Part shown: positions 46,358-59,585 of the stretch, piece by piece
Position numbering within the stretch: the stretch's first letter is position 1
Layout of the letters: each line of letters begins with the position of its first letter
NCBI GenBank assembly: GCA_002269645.1
Contig: NIVC01002527.1
Span: forward strand, 1 to 64,000
Reading direction: 5' to 3'
Origin: Macrostomum lignano
Taxonomy: Eukaryota
Length of the DNA: 64,000 bases
Notes under the pieces: model-generated
Told to the model about the DNA's origin: nothing
The model's database searches: none
What the model saw: the letters and a program-made list of their open reading frames with translations, nothing else
Made by a program: the position numbers and the translations under genes

Positions 46358-47395
46358 TTGGCCATTATTCCACAGTTTTGATGTGTACCATAGACATTTG
46401 GATTGAAAAAATCCATCGCTCAGTATTTTTGTTATTAAATACAGAACAACAAGAAGTAAATGAACAAAAAGGAAAAATCATTAAAACAAAAGTACCAGCT
46501 ACACGAAAAGAGTTAATAATAAATGTCACAGCTAGTGCAGTTTATCAGTTTGTAGTCGAAATTTGACAATGTAAAAATCAATTTGTCACCTAAAGTGAAA
46601 CATGCAGTTCTCAAAGCTGCAGTTTCCAAAGATGCTCGACACTTTAGCCTGATGATTTGGCACAATGGCACTGCAAAAGGAGTTGGTCTATGTTGAATGT
46701 TTTCTATGAAAGAGAAATACAGGTGCTCAAGTATAGTTGCCGAACTTACAATTTAAAAGATGCACGTCTTGGTTAAGTTGGCATGCGACTGATGAGCTTC
46801 GTCTGATGAGCTTCTTTGGTACCGCAGTATCCAAGTTGGGATTCTTTGGGACTGTCGGCTGCTCGACTGAATCGATTGTCCGCTTTAAGGCATCGCTTAT
46901 AGCCGTCGAGGCGTTGAAGACTGCATGGTCGCGTTTTCTTCCTAGGTAGCGCCGCACGGTTCGTTCAGTCGTCGACAGGAAGATTTTTCCAATTAATAAG
47001 CGCGGCTGTTTGACGAGATGCACCAGCCATTAGTTGTTTGACAAGATAAATAGCTTTTTTCTCGCTCTACTCGCTTTCCTGATTTCTTGTAAGACGCAAG
47101 CAAAATCAGCACTCATCAGTGTTGTCTATGGTCAAACTAAGCCACGCAACTCAGTTGTCTTTGGGTAAAACAACTCTTAAAACAGCCAATTGAAGCATGA
47201 TAAAAAGTGTGGAATAATGACAGCGACAAAAGTGTGGAATAATGGCCGCAAGAGTGTGGAATAATGACTGAGCGCTGAGTGAAAGTATAAATACAATGCA
47301 CTTGTATCGTATGCAACTTCGTTGAATAATGGCCATAGACACTCGTGCGCTACGCGCACTCGAGTTTTGGCCATTATTCAACTCAGTTGCATACT
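46358..47395. mobile_element. Unclassified inverted-repeat element with an HTH-like transposase relic and a terminal hairpin
   Basis: GGCCATTATTCCACA at about 46360 is inverted at about 47230 (three tandem TGTGGAATAATG). Minus-strand fragment LIGKIFLSTTERTVRRYLG is HTH-like. Hairpin at 47308-47393. Confidence 0.4.
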
Positions 47396-50300
47396 ATACA
47401 TTGTCGGCTGATTTTCCATGCAAGAATGGCATTCTTGCACTCTTTTGCGTGCAGGAATGGATGTCTATGGTAAAATCTCACTGAAAAAGCATTAGGCGCA
47501 GAAATGCATTCCTGCACGGTTTTGTGCATTCCTGCACGATGAATCATCCGACAATGGAATTCCTTCACGTTCACTCGTGCGTGAAGGACATCGTGCACTC
47601 GTGCGCTAGCGCGCACTCGTGCAGATGTCATTCCCGCACTCGTGACCGTGCAGGAATATATCAATCTACCATTGCTTGCTGTCCATGGGATGCTTGCTGT
47701 CTGGGGGATCGCTAGCTACATTACATCATTATTAAAATTATTACATTGTTTCTTTGCTCCCCAACGGGGGGCTTATATTGCTAGTATTTGTCTAAATTGA
47801 ATCCTCACAGGCTAAAAAGAATTTCAGTTTGTCTAATTTGAATTTGAATTTGAATATCGTCTTGTCTAAAAAGAACTGTTGTTTTGATGAAATTGAACGA
47901 GAAAAGCGAACTCATGTTTGCTGCGCGTGTAGCCTGCAACATATCGAATTGATCAATTGAAGTCTCCGGTTTCGAGGGATCAATCTTTGCTGAGTACAAG
48001 TTTGAAAACTGCACATTTCAATTTTCAAAGTGAGCTTCTCCTCCGCTTCAAGAATTTGAACCCGTATTGAAATAAAAAAATCGAAGTCATTCCCATGATT
48101 ATTTTTACCGTTTCTCTGCAGAGAAAATATACGTTCATAGTTGTGTGTGACCAATTCCAAGAATTAAAAAAACGCGTTATTTTTACTGCGTAATTGCTTA
48201 AATTGATGCAATGCGGATATCATTGTAGCAATGCAGCTGTGTCGCCTTTAAGAACGGAATGAAAATGTAATGGAATGATCTGTATGGCGATCAACCCACC
48301 ACTTATAGAATAAAACGGCGGCCAAGACTCCAAAAATCGAAATGAAGTCCAAAATCCAAAAATCAAAAATCGAATTCTCTGCAGCTTTTAGCTATGCAAG
48401 CCATCGTATTTATAAGCAAACCGGTTCTCATCTCTGCCCCGAATTTTCCACTGCAATAGTAGTTCATTCCTTTGTGTTGGCTGAGAATTTTCTGGCTTCT
48501 GTAATTTTGCTGCATTCATTTTGAAAGGGCTTGAATAGCTAATGCTAAATGAATGCAAAACTCAGTTCGTCGCTTGCTGGGTTATTGTGCGACATTTCCA
48601 CCTAAAATGCAGAGTAAAATGCATACGGTACAATTGGACACGTACATTAACTGATTTTAAATGATAGAAGGATAGGGCAGTGTTAGCCCAGCGGGGGTAT
48701 GTATAGGTCTTGCTAGGGGAGAGATAAGGAAGGGGTTGTACAGGTAATTTGCGGAGGGTTGCACAGGCGCCAACCCTATAATTGGCAAGCGTGTTAATGG
48801 CTAGCCTTCACTGAACACTTAGAAAGGAAGGAAATGGGGCTTTGGTTATGCAATTCCTATGCCCTTGCTTTCAGAGAGGGGGGGGGGGGTAAATAAGGAA
48901 TCATCTATGAGAGCACTTCAATTTGTAAATATGTTTGAATTTGTTTGTATTCTTGAATCTTGTACATTTGGCTCTAAGTGCGAGCTCCTAATTTAAATTA
49001 ATTTGATTAGCATTAAACTGGGAGAAATATGTTTTTAAATTTGAGTCCCCTTACAATGGAATATTGAATACAATGTTTACGAGCCTGCCTTTGTGGTTAA
49101 TTAAGTTTAAAACTTGTGTTGTCTAGACTTGATATTGCGGGTAAATCTTTATGGCGAATGGAGCAGGGAATCTGTAAGACTTCTCTCTCGGGCCTCGGTT
49201 ATGCTTCTCTCTCGTAGTCGTCTAGCGGTCTTGTTGGATTACTTTTGCGTCTTCGAAGCCTAAGAGAGCTTACAACAAGGAGATCGCTACTTTGGCTGAT
49301 TCTGACTCGTGCCTGTAGCACAAATAACGAATATGAATCTCTTTAGATTTATTGGCGAATTGCACAAGGCTTCTAGTTCGGAAGCTTAAATCTTTCCTTC
49401 TATGTGCCCATTTCGGGGCCGAGGCCGTGTCTATTTTATAGATCATTTGATACACGTCATCCCCCGCCGCTGATTAGCAACGGCGGGGTGCCAAAACAGA
49501 CGCAGCAACATTAGATTAGCGCGTTGCTACGGGGCGAGAGAGATAATCTGCTATCGGTTAATTGGTCGCATCAGGCGATGGTTAAAGGTCAGTTCAGGGT
49601 TCATCGTTCGAGTCGATTCGCACGTCAGACCCCTCGTGCGTCCCTCGGTGAGTCGTCCTCTTATTCCCTGGGGACGTTCGTCACCGCTGACCTTGGCCTG
49701 TTGACCATTGCTTTATCTCGCCCGCCAGTCGGGCTTTGTGTCATATTGCTTCTCCTGGCACCGCGCCGACTGGCTCAGCCTGGTACCTCGGCCGATTTGA
49801 TATCATCTGGTTTTAGTCTGAAATCTTGGGGGAAAGTCAAAGTTAGTTTCTTATCTATAGCTTATTTCACTTTCTTGCCGTTCTTTAATTTCTCTCACTT
49901 AGGTGTCTTATCTTTAAATTGAACTTTCGCCCCTTGCTTTTTTGCTTCTTACTTTGCCCTTTAGCGAACTCTTATTTGTCCCAACTTTCATAATTTCTAA
50001 TCCCTATAGAATCGTAGCTATCTAGTAATTACCAAGGCTCTGTTTATGACTCGAGGTTAAAATGGCCACCGCCAGCGTATGATAATTTAATGAAAATAGT
50101 GAGTATAGCTATCAGTGTTGTGACTATGAGGAGAAATGTAACGGTATTGGACTCCTAAAAAGTTTTAAAATATTGTAAAAATAATGTTGTAGATCCTTGA
50201 ATGCAGTAACGATACCGCACTAGTAATATTAAGAAATCTTTATAAGGTGTGGAGCTGTGCGGGTATATAAGGGATGGAACAGAGTTGAGCAAATATATAT

Positions 50301-50440
50301 ATATAACCTACTACCTGATAAAATTCAGATTTGCAAAGCCTACAAAAGCACCTATAGTTATTCGGAAGTTTGTGCTGCTATCAACATAAGTTCAGTAAAA
50401 AGGCAAAAGAATTAACTAAAAATGGCGACCGAATGGCACT

Positions 50441-51498
50441 ATGAAGTGTGCTTGCTTAGACTGTAAAAAGTGCAAGCAAGGAGGCCTTGACTCTAATCGC
50501 CATGCAAACTGGCAGAATTTAACAAAATGGATCCTGTCTGTTGGCAGTGTTCGGAAGTCCTTCTTTTCTCGGAAAAAGGAGACCAAGCAACGCTCCAACC
50601 TGCTGAGCCAGGTAATTAATGGCGTCATTCGCCCGGCAAGTGCAGACAGAGGTGACAGCACCAACTCAGATGATGACTTTGAACTAATCCCAGGAGAAGG
50701 AATGCACTGCCAGGAGGAAGCGGAAAAGCAGTTGAAGGTATTGCATTTCCTATCCGTCAGGCGCCGTCAATTAGAGGGAAGGAAATGCTTCAACCTGAAA
50801 GCCCTATAATTTTTGAAGAAGAAGGCGACGACATCGAGCCTGGTGGAATCTCAGTTTGCTCTGCTGCTGCTGCTGCTGCTGCTGCTGTTGACGCTCCGGT
50901 TGGTGCCACCTCTGCTGCTGACGCCCTGGATGGTGCCAGCTCTGCTGCTGACGCCCTGGCTGATGCCAGCTCTGCTGCTGACGCCCTGGCTGGTGCCAGC
51001 TCTGCTGCTGACGCCCTGGATGGTGCCACCTCTGCTGCTGACGCCCTGGCTGATGCCAGCTCTGCTGCTGACGCCCTGGATGGTGCCAGCTCTGCTGCTG
51101 ACGCCCTGGCTGATGCCAGCTCTGCTGCTGACGCCCTGGCTGGTGCCAGCTCTGCTGCTGACGCCCTGGATGGTGCCACCTCTGCTGCTGACGCCCTGGC
51201 TGGTGCCACCTCTGCTGCTGACGCCCTGGATGGTGCCAGCTCTGCTGCTGACGCCCTGGCTGATGCCAGCTCTGCTGCTGACGCCCTGGCTGGTGCCAGC
51301 TCTGCTGCTGTTCCAGCTGTTTCAGTTCTCAATGGTCAGGATGAGCTCAACGAGCTACTAGCGTCAATTGACTTACCAACGATGGCGCCGACGAATCATA
51401 CAGGTGCAATTGATTACATGATTACAGGTAATAATAATTTTAATAACAATGCTAGTTGCCCAGTAAGCAAGGGACGATACGTGGATGAATCCCACTAG
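50441..51498 (+). CDS. Possible spliced ORF ending in an Ala/Asp-rich decapeptide repeat; coding status uncertain
   Basis: ORF 50441-50809 and ORF 50785-51498 can be joined via acceptor ccgtcag|GCG (50760/50761) from donors at 50611 or 50737. Codon style differs from the GC3-rich genes. Confidence 0.35.
50911..51300. repeat. 13 x 30-bp repeat (TCTGCTGCTGACGCCCTGGCTGATGCCAGC) with a 5-unit higher-order period
   Basis: Direct reading; SAADAL(D/A)(G/D)A(S/T) in the long frame. Confidence 0.93.
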
Positions 51499-52329
51499 CG
51501 GCTGCAGTAGGCAGATGGGAAGGCCGGGGTCGGGGTTAACCGCGGCCGGAATACAACTTTTCAGCGATAATGCATACAACATACAAAGCCATGCATGATA
51601 TCAAGCATTATGTTCGTAGTTGTGTTAAAAAATATAATAAACAGGTACAACAAGCTTTTTAAATAAGTGGAAGCGCATAAATTCGTCATTCGTGATTTAT
51701 AAAGATTTTGATTTGCTTCAAAAAATCCCACCCCAAAGATTAAATCCTAATTGCGTCACTGATCAAGCAAGAGTTTTATTCTGCAATAGAAAATTAGGCC
51801 CTTGAGTTTTTTATTGCTTTTGCAGAAAAAGTACAACAGACAGTTATTGTATTATAGCTAGCTATTCATGTTCTGTTATACCTGTTACACTGTTACACTG
51901 TTTTGTTATACCGTTTAACTATACACTAGCTATATTTCCAGTGCAAAATATTCTCTCTAATGTGATCTCAACTCGCTACTTGATAGTAGGAGGCTATGCA
52001 TATATTTAATTTCTGCCATTCAAACCACAATACCAGCTCAACCTGCCATTGGCTCGCGCATCTGGAAAGCAATCGTTGGTCAGTCACCGTTGGTTGTGCC
52101 TTTTTAAGACTAAAGTTTTCTCTCTGAGAGGTCGCCTGCAGTGCTTTCGTCTGATCCAGCGCGCGGTACACAGCTAATAAATTAATTAGCAAAGTTTGAG
52201 AACGCGCCTATAGAGACTGGCTGGCCACGTGAGAACTTGAGAATATTCTGAGCAGGTGAGACAGAGGGAGAGATGAAGTGACAGGCGGTGCTGCTGCTAC
52301 TCAGAGACAATAGCCTCCCGCAGCTGTGA

Positions 52330-52500
52330 ACGGTGAGTTTACTGTTGCCACTATAAACTCATCTAATTGTTGCATTGCTTGATTCACTCGAACAATAAAA
52401 GAGTTTCGAAATTTTCTGCTCCAGTAATTTGTTGGTCGATTGTTCAACCCCCCCCCTCTAAGCCGACTCTCCAGGTTGACTGGGTCTGGTGGTAAATGCA
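52330..52500 (-). mobile_element. Possible 3' fragment of a non-LTR retrotransposon ORF2
   Basis: LHLPPDP...RLR...SRKFRNSFIVRVNQAM resembles the L2/CR1-group C-terminal motif (LP...R.R...RT.RF.NSF.PR.I..LN). Confidence 0.35.
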
Positions 52501-52734
52501 GTGTTTGACAGGCAATGCTTGTTCTGCTTTCTCGATCCAACAAATAGATTGCACTGTAAGCTGCCTAGTTACCTAGGAGGAATGTCAATGATGCAGAATG
52601 CACAGCTGGAAAATTTTTGCAAATATCGGAATCAAAATTCTGTCATTCTACGATTCTTTGGCGTTTTAATATTCTCCCAGAGTTATCGAAACTACCCAGC
52701 ATTTTCCACCCTAAGAACTAACCCCCCCTAGCAG

Positions 52735-54356
52735 TATCCACCCCAGCAGTCTCCACCCCCTAGCAGTCTCCACCCCCTAGCAGTCTCCACCCCCTAGCAG
52801 TCTCCACCCCTAGCAGTCTCCACCCCCTAGCAGTCTCCACCCCCTAGCAGTCTCCACCCCCAGCAGTCTCCACCCCCCCTAGCAGTCTCCACCCCCTAGC
52901 AGTCTCCACCCCCAGCAGTCTCCACCCCCAGCAGTCTCCCCAGCAGTACCCCCAGCAGTCTCCACCCCCCCCAGCAGTCTCCACCCCAGCAGTCTCCACC
53001 CCCTAGCAGTCTCCACCCCCTAGCAGTCTCCACCCCAGCAGTATCCACCCCTAGCAGTCTCCACCCCCAGCAGTATCCACCCCTAGCAGTCTCCACCCCC
53101 TAGCAGTCTCCACCCCCAGCAGTCTCCACCCCCAGCAGTCTCCACCCCCTAGCAGTCTCCACCCCTAGCAGTCTCCACCCCCAGCAGTCTCCACCCCCAG
53201 CAGTATCTGTCCCAGCAGTATCCACCCCCAGCAGTCTCCACCCCCTAGCAGTCTCCACCCCCTAGCAGTCTCCACCCCCAGCAGTCTCCACCCCAGCAGT
53301 ATCTGTCCCAGCAGTATCCACCCCCAGCAGTCTCCACCCCCAGCAGTCTCCACCCCCAGCAGTCTCCACCCCTAGCAGTCTCCACCCCAGCAGTATCCAC
53401 CCCCTAGCAGTATCCACCCCCTAGCAGTATCCACCCCTAGCAGTATCCACCCCTAGCAGTATCCACCCCTAGCAGTATCCACCCCCAGCAGTATCCACCC
53501 CTAGCAGTATCCACCCCTAGCAGTATCCACCCCTAGCAGTATCCACCCCTAGCAGTATCCACCCCTAGGCCTAGCAGTATCGGTCCCCAGCAGTATCCGC
53601 CCCACCAGAACCCACCTCCACCAGAATCCGTCCCTGCAGTATCCGCCCCAGCAGTATCTGTCCCCTGCAGTATCCGCCCCCAGCAGTATCCGCCCCCAGC
53701 AGTATCCGCCCCCAAACAGTATCAGCCCCAGCAGTATCTGCCCCCAAACAGTATCCGCCCCTGTAGTATCCGCCCCCAGCAGTATCTGTCCCAGCAGTAT
53801 CCGCCCCCAGCAGTATCTGTCCCAGCAGTATCCACCCCCAGCAGTCTCCACCCCCAGCAGTATCCACCCCCTAGCAGTCTCCACCCCTAGCAGTATCCAC
53901 CCCTAGCAGTATCCACCCCCTAGCAGTCTCCACCCCCAGCAGTATCCACCCCTAGCAGTCTCCACCCCCAGCAGTATCCACCCCCAGAAGTATCCACCCC
54001 CAGCAGTATCCACCCCTAGCAGTCTCCACCCCCAGCAGTCTCCACCCCTAGCAGTATCCACCAACTAGCAGTCTCCACCCCCAGCAGTATCCAACCTCTA
54101 GCATTATCCACCCCTAGCAGTATCCACCCCCAGCAGTATCCACCCTCTAGCAGTATCCACCCCCTAGCAGTCTCCACCCCTAGCAGTATCCACCAACTAG
54201 CAGTATCGGTCCCCAGCAGTATCCGCCCCACCAGAACCCACCTCCACCAGAATCCGCCCCTGCAGTATCCGCCCCCAGCAGTATCCGCCCCCAAGCAGTA
54301 TCCGCCCCCAGCAGTATCCGCCCCCAGCAGTATCAGCCCCAGCAGTATCCGCCCCT
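52735..54356. repeat. About 16-19-bp C-rich minisatellite (CAGCAGTCTCCACCCC / CAGCAGTATCCGCCCC) upstream of APCDD1
   Basis: Direct reading; includes a duplicated CCCACCAGAACCCACCTCCACCAGAATCCG block. Confidence 0.95.
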
Positions 54357-54457
54357 GGGAAAATCCATCCGGCTCAAAAATCCGCTCAAATCTTATGAAC
54401 GCTGATTCCAAGCATCCCCAACACGCCTACACAGAGACGCACAGCTCCAATCCATCC

Positions 54458-54672
54458 ATGGATCCGACATCGACGCTGCTGCACCTGCTGATTATCGCCG
54501 CGCTGGGTCTCGAAGCTTCGCGTAGTCAGGGCGCCGAGCCGAGCGGAGACGAACTACCAGCAGGTGGCACCAGCGACGATGGGTTTTGCGACCGGAACCT
54601 GGAGGCTCTGACGGCTGGCCCGGCTGAGACCTTGACGCCGCCACGACTGCGGGGACTCTGGGTGTCCACGGG
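54458..54672 (+). CDS. APCDD1: APCDD1 homologue, coding exon 1 (signal peptide and start of the first APCDD1 domain); gene continues beyond the window
   Basis: MDPTSTLLHLLIIAALGLEASRS signal-peptide-like start; PPRLRGLWVSTG matches APCDD1 PPRLEGHWVSTG; donor GG|GTGAGA, phase 2. Confidence 0.85.
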
Positions 54673-54704
54673 GTGAGAGTCGCTGAGCAGGTTTTTAATC
54701 AGAT

Positions 54705-55470
54705 TCGGGTTTGGTGAAGATTCAGGTTGGTGAAGATTCGCGTTGGTGAAGATTCAGGTTGGTGAAGATTCGAATTGCTGAAGATTCGGGTTAGTGAAGA
54801 TTCGGGTTGGTGAAGATTCAGGTTGGTGAAGATTCGGGTTGGTGGAGATTCGGGTTAGTGAAGATTCAGGTTGGTGAAGATTCGCGTTGGTGAAGATTCG
54901 CGTTGGTGAAGATTCGGGTTGGTGAAGATTTGCGTTGGTGAAGATTCAGGTTGGTGAAGATTCGCGTTGGTGAAGATTCAAGTTGGTGAAGATTCGCGTT
55001 GGTGAAGATTCGGGTTGGTGAAGATTTGAGTTGGTGAAGATTCGAATTGCTGAAGATTCGGGTTAGTGAAGATTCGGGTTGGTGAAGATTCAGGTTGGTG
55101 AAGATTCGAATTGCTGAAGATTCGGGTTAGTGAAGATTCGGGTTGAAGATTCAGGTTGGTGAAGATTCGAATTGCTGAAGATTCGCGTTGGTGAAGATTC
55201 AGGTTGGTGAAGATTTGCGTTGGTGAAGATTCAGGTTGGTGAAGATTCGCGTTGGTGAAGATTCAAGTTGGTGAAGATTTGCGTTGGTGAAGATTCAGGT
55301 TGGTGAAGATTCGCGTTGGTGAAGATTCAAGTTGGTGAAGATTCAAGTTGGTGAAGATTCGCGTTGGTGAAGATTCAGGTTGGTGAAGATTTGCGTTGGT
55401 GAAGATTCGGGTTGGTTAAGATTTGTGTTGGTGAAGATTCGAGTTGGTTAAGATTTGGGTTGGTGAAGCT
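54705..55470. repeat. 16-17-bp minisatellite (GTTGGTGAAGATTCGG) at the start of APCDD1 intron 1
   Basis: Direct reading. Confidence 0.95.
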
Positions 55471-56844
55471 TTTAATTCGTGAAGATTACGAGTAACGCAA
55501 TCCTCAAATTAGTAAACTTTTGGGTGTATAAGACTCTGGATTCTGGAATAGGAAGGGTTTTTGCCACTGAATAGAACTTTTCTTAGAATTTGGGCTTGAA
55601 AAAGTACTCAAGCAATGAGAAAGGCCTAATTAAAAGAGCTTATCGAGAACTGCCCGATTGAATCAATAAATACACTAGCAGTCCACTTCAGAGTGATCGA
55701 ATGAAAGTTAAAAGAAACAGTCTGCATTGAACCGCATGACGAATCTCAATGCCAAGGTTCAATGAATATTTAATGCGAACGGGACAGTGCTCAGAAAACA
55801 TCTAAAATTTAATAGGATCTCTACCTTATAAGAGGATGAGGCTGCTTTAAGCTTGCGGTTGGCGAAGGAAAAAGTTCTTCTAAAAGAACAAGCAAGGACA
55901 GGAAATTGCTGCCACCAGGGAGAGAAAGAGAGGGGGAGACTCGGGGACAAAGTTCGATCGGCAACAGCTCGTTATGCTCTTGAGAAGAAATTGAGGCGGT
56001 CAAGCGCGAAGCGACAGCCCTATAGCGAGATTCTCCTCTGTAAGACTCCTCATGTGAGCTGCCACCATGGCGCTCGTTCATTTACTACATTAGTGCTGGC
56101 TACCGGCACCTTTCACAGCCGAGTGAGCACCCTAATCTGCTCAATCTCCCAGATTCCCTGAGCCAGAACAATCTCCCCCTCACCCCGATCTCCTTCTCTT
56201 TTTTTCTAAACAGAGGGAGAGAAGAGAAGGGGAGAGAGGGCACAATGAACGAGACAGAGGGGACAGGGAGAGGGTAGTCAAGAGAAGAAGAGGGAGGGAG
56301 GGAGGGAGACAGTGAGACAAGGCGAGAAGACTCGAACCCGGCCTCACCACCTTCCAGCCGGACTTTGACATCCCCGCATGAGTCATCGCTGGCATGAAGG
56401 GCAAATGCAGGGCAGAGGCCAGGAAAGGGGGCGGACGCGGACGGACGGCATTTCGTCGCTGGATACGGGAAATTATCTGGGGAGCCGCATTCTTCTGAAT
56501 CGGGAAAAAAGGAAGGATTTTGCGCTTCCTGAGGCTGCTCTTCTTTCAGTCGTTTCTAAAGAAGAGATAGAATATAAAATAATTATTCGCTGCCAAATAA
56601 GGGAGTCAGCCGCCCCCGGTCCCCCACTGTCCTCCGAGGATTCCAGCTATTAATCCGGGCTGAGCGTGGCCCGAACTCGGGGGCTCAGATAAATATGGGC
56701 AGGAGAGAGACTTCGCTTTCCGGTCATTCCTAGTAATTAATCCTGCAGGCGGGCGGTGCGCAGCGGCTCCCGGCCTCGGAGCCGGACTGACTGACTTCCA
56801 GGCAGGCCCTTCGGCTGAAGCCATCACGGCTTTGAGCACTGAGG

Positions 56845-57066
<222 letters not shown>

Positions 57067-58389
57067 GTTGGAAGATCCCCGAGTCCGATATACCAAAAGC
57101 CCCGGGATGCCACAAAAAGCTCTGCTTAGCTAATAAAAAATCGCAGATTAGCAAAGCTGATCCAGTCGCATCCTCGGTCGTGAGCGCCGATCCCAGCGCA
57201 GCGACGGGAGCGCGAGTTAATCCGGTAGGGAGAATCTGCTGCTCTCAGCCGAGGACACGAGAGTGCTAAGAAGTCCATGCGAACCCGCCCCAGAGGAAGT
57301 CATAAATCCAGCGAGAATCGCTTCTAGGATGCCCGGCTATTGGGTCTGTTATGGGTTATGATTATTAAAATTATGGTCAAGACGTTCCAACCGGATATTT
57401 GCATCGGCTGGTCGTAAATCTTCCAGCTCACTGACTGTCTACTTCTGAATCTTTCCTATGCTGCTCATCTCGCTCATCCGTGGGTTTATTTTAGTTCAAT
57501 CCAACTGCCGCTTCTAATCAGCCAATATCAATCAATATTCGCAGGAGGGCTGCGCAGGGGTTGCTGTTGCGCCAACACCCACTCTGGCGCAATGCGTTCG
57601 GAGACGTACACCCGCTCACACAGCATGTACAGTCGAACCAGGAATCGTGGCGAGAGAGGCTGACGCGTTTGCCACTGAGCTGATGATGATTTAACAAATT
57701 TCTGAAAATGAAATTGTTCGTATCAAATTTTCATAATCTGTCCAGTCTTAACTCGACCTCATTAGTCCCCAAATACCCCCTGTAGCTTACAGCTCTCTCA
57801 GCAGTTCCACGTTGCTGTCAACAAGAGATTTATAGAGAGCAATGCCAGGCGAGCTTTTGCCAATATCAATATCAGCTCCCGACCCCCCCCCCCGGTTTCT
57901 GGACGAATTGCCGCCCACGATCCCGGAATCCCCAGATTTTGGGAGATAACTAGCGACTTTCACTGTGTGTGCGCGCCAGCACCCAGCTGTGAGTTCTCTT
58001 CTCTCTGTCGCACAGGCCGAAATTTTGGACTCCTGCATCAGCTGCCTGCTCATTCCCCCCCCCCTGTCCCTCTCTCCCTTCCCTTTCACTCACTACAGTG
58101 GGGTTGAGTGACTGCAAAAGCTGGACCGCGTATTCCATTAGCAAACGCTTCAGCGCATTCTGGACACGGGTGCAGATTGAGAATGGGCCAGTCAATATGG
58201 GGTGTTACACGGCTTTGCTTTCTCACTGGGCTGCCGGCTCAACTAGTGATCTCAGGGATTAATATATTGTAGTTGCGGCCCGGGCATGACAGCAAGAGGT
58301 CTGCTCACAGGAGAGAGGCTGGCAGCGAGACAAGAAGACAGAGAGACAGGAGAAGAGATGGGGATACAGGCAGATTGACAAGCAGAGAG

Positions 58390-58715
58390 AACACAGACAG
58401 ACAGACAGACAGACAGACACCAAGACACTAAGAAACTAAGACACTAAGAAACTAAGACACTAAGAAACTAAGACACTAAGACACTACGACACTAAGACAC
58501 TAAGACACTAAGACAGACAGACAGACACTAAGACACTAAGAAACTAAGACACTAAGACACTAAGACACTAAGACAGACAGATAGACAGACACTACGACAC
58601 TAAGACACTAAGACAGACAGACAGACAGATACTAAGACACTAAGACACTAAGACACTAAGACAGACAGACACTAAGACAATAAGACACTAAAACACTAAG
58701 ACACTAAGACAGACA
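58390..58715. repeat. Mixed (CAGA)n / (GACACTAA)n repeat
   Basis: Direct reading. Confidence 0.92.
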
Positions 58716-59585
58716 CATAGACAGGAAGTGAGAATAGTAGAGTCAGACAACAGACAAACAGAGACAGGTAGAGAGAGAAGACAGGTAGATACAGGCAAGG
58801 GAACAGTAGAGTCAGGGAGACAGCCGCACCCCATGTCTGCACTGACGTTAATTCGCTGGGAATTGAAGGACATCGGCAAACTGGCAGCGCAAAATAATTT
58901 CAAACTTTCAAGAGAAAGGCATTCGAGGCGCTGCGTCATCTTATCTTACATTCGATTCTCCACGCTTCATCTGTCTGACAGACAGAAATGTCGCAGCTGC
59001 CTCCCAGCCCCTCCATGCCCCTGCGTCTGTGCGAACTTCATTCAGTGGAACAGGAGAAGCTTAGAAGCTGTGGGGCGGTCGGGACAAGGGATTTCAATAG
59101 CGAAGGGGTGGGGAGTCGGGGATTTGGGAAAGCAGAGCCAGTGCAGGCTGCTGCAGTGAGAGGTGGGAAGTATCAACCCTTGGTTTTCCCTTTCCCCTAT
59201 ACACAGCCTTCTTACCTCTTTATTTTTCTGTTGCCATACCTGACTGTTGCCTCTGGTCGAGGTATAGCTTTCACCAGCGGGGTCAAGATGAAGCGGCAGG
59301 GTTCACCCAGCCTCCCGTGTCATCTGTTTCAACTCCTAGCTGTTTTATTCGCCCTAGTAGTTTAACTGTAAACCTGCACTCGCTATCTAAACTGTAAATT
59401 TCGGTCAAGTAAATTCTCAAATGGTTTTTACTGACGCGGTCAGATATTCAAAATTGTAGGAAAGGTAGCTGTTGCGAGCTGTTTATTATAATAATTTTCT
59501 GGTGATCACTCCATCTAGATTGGGAGCCATTGATAAGAAACGGACCATGCAGAAGCTTTAAAAGTAGCTAGTTGAGCCAGGACGA

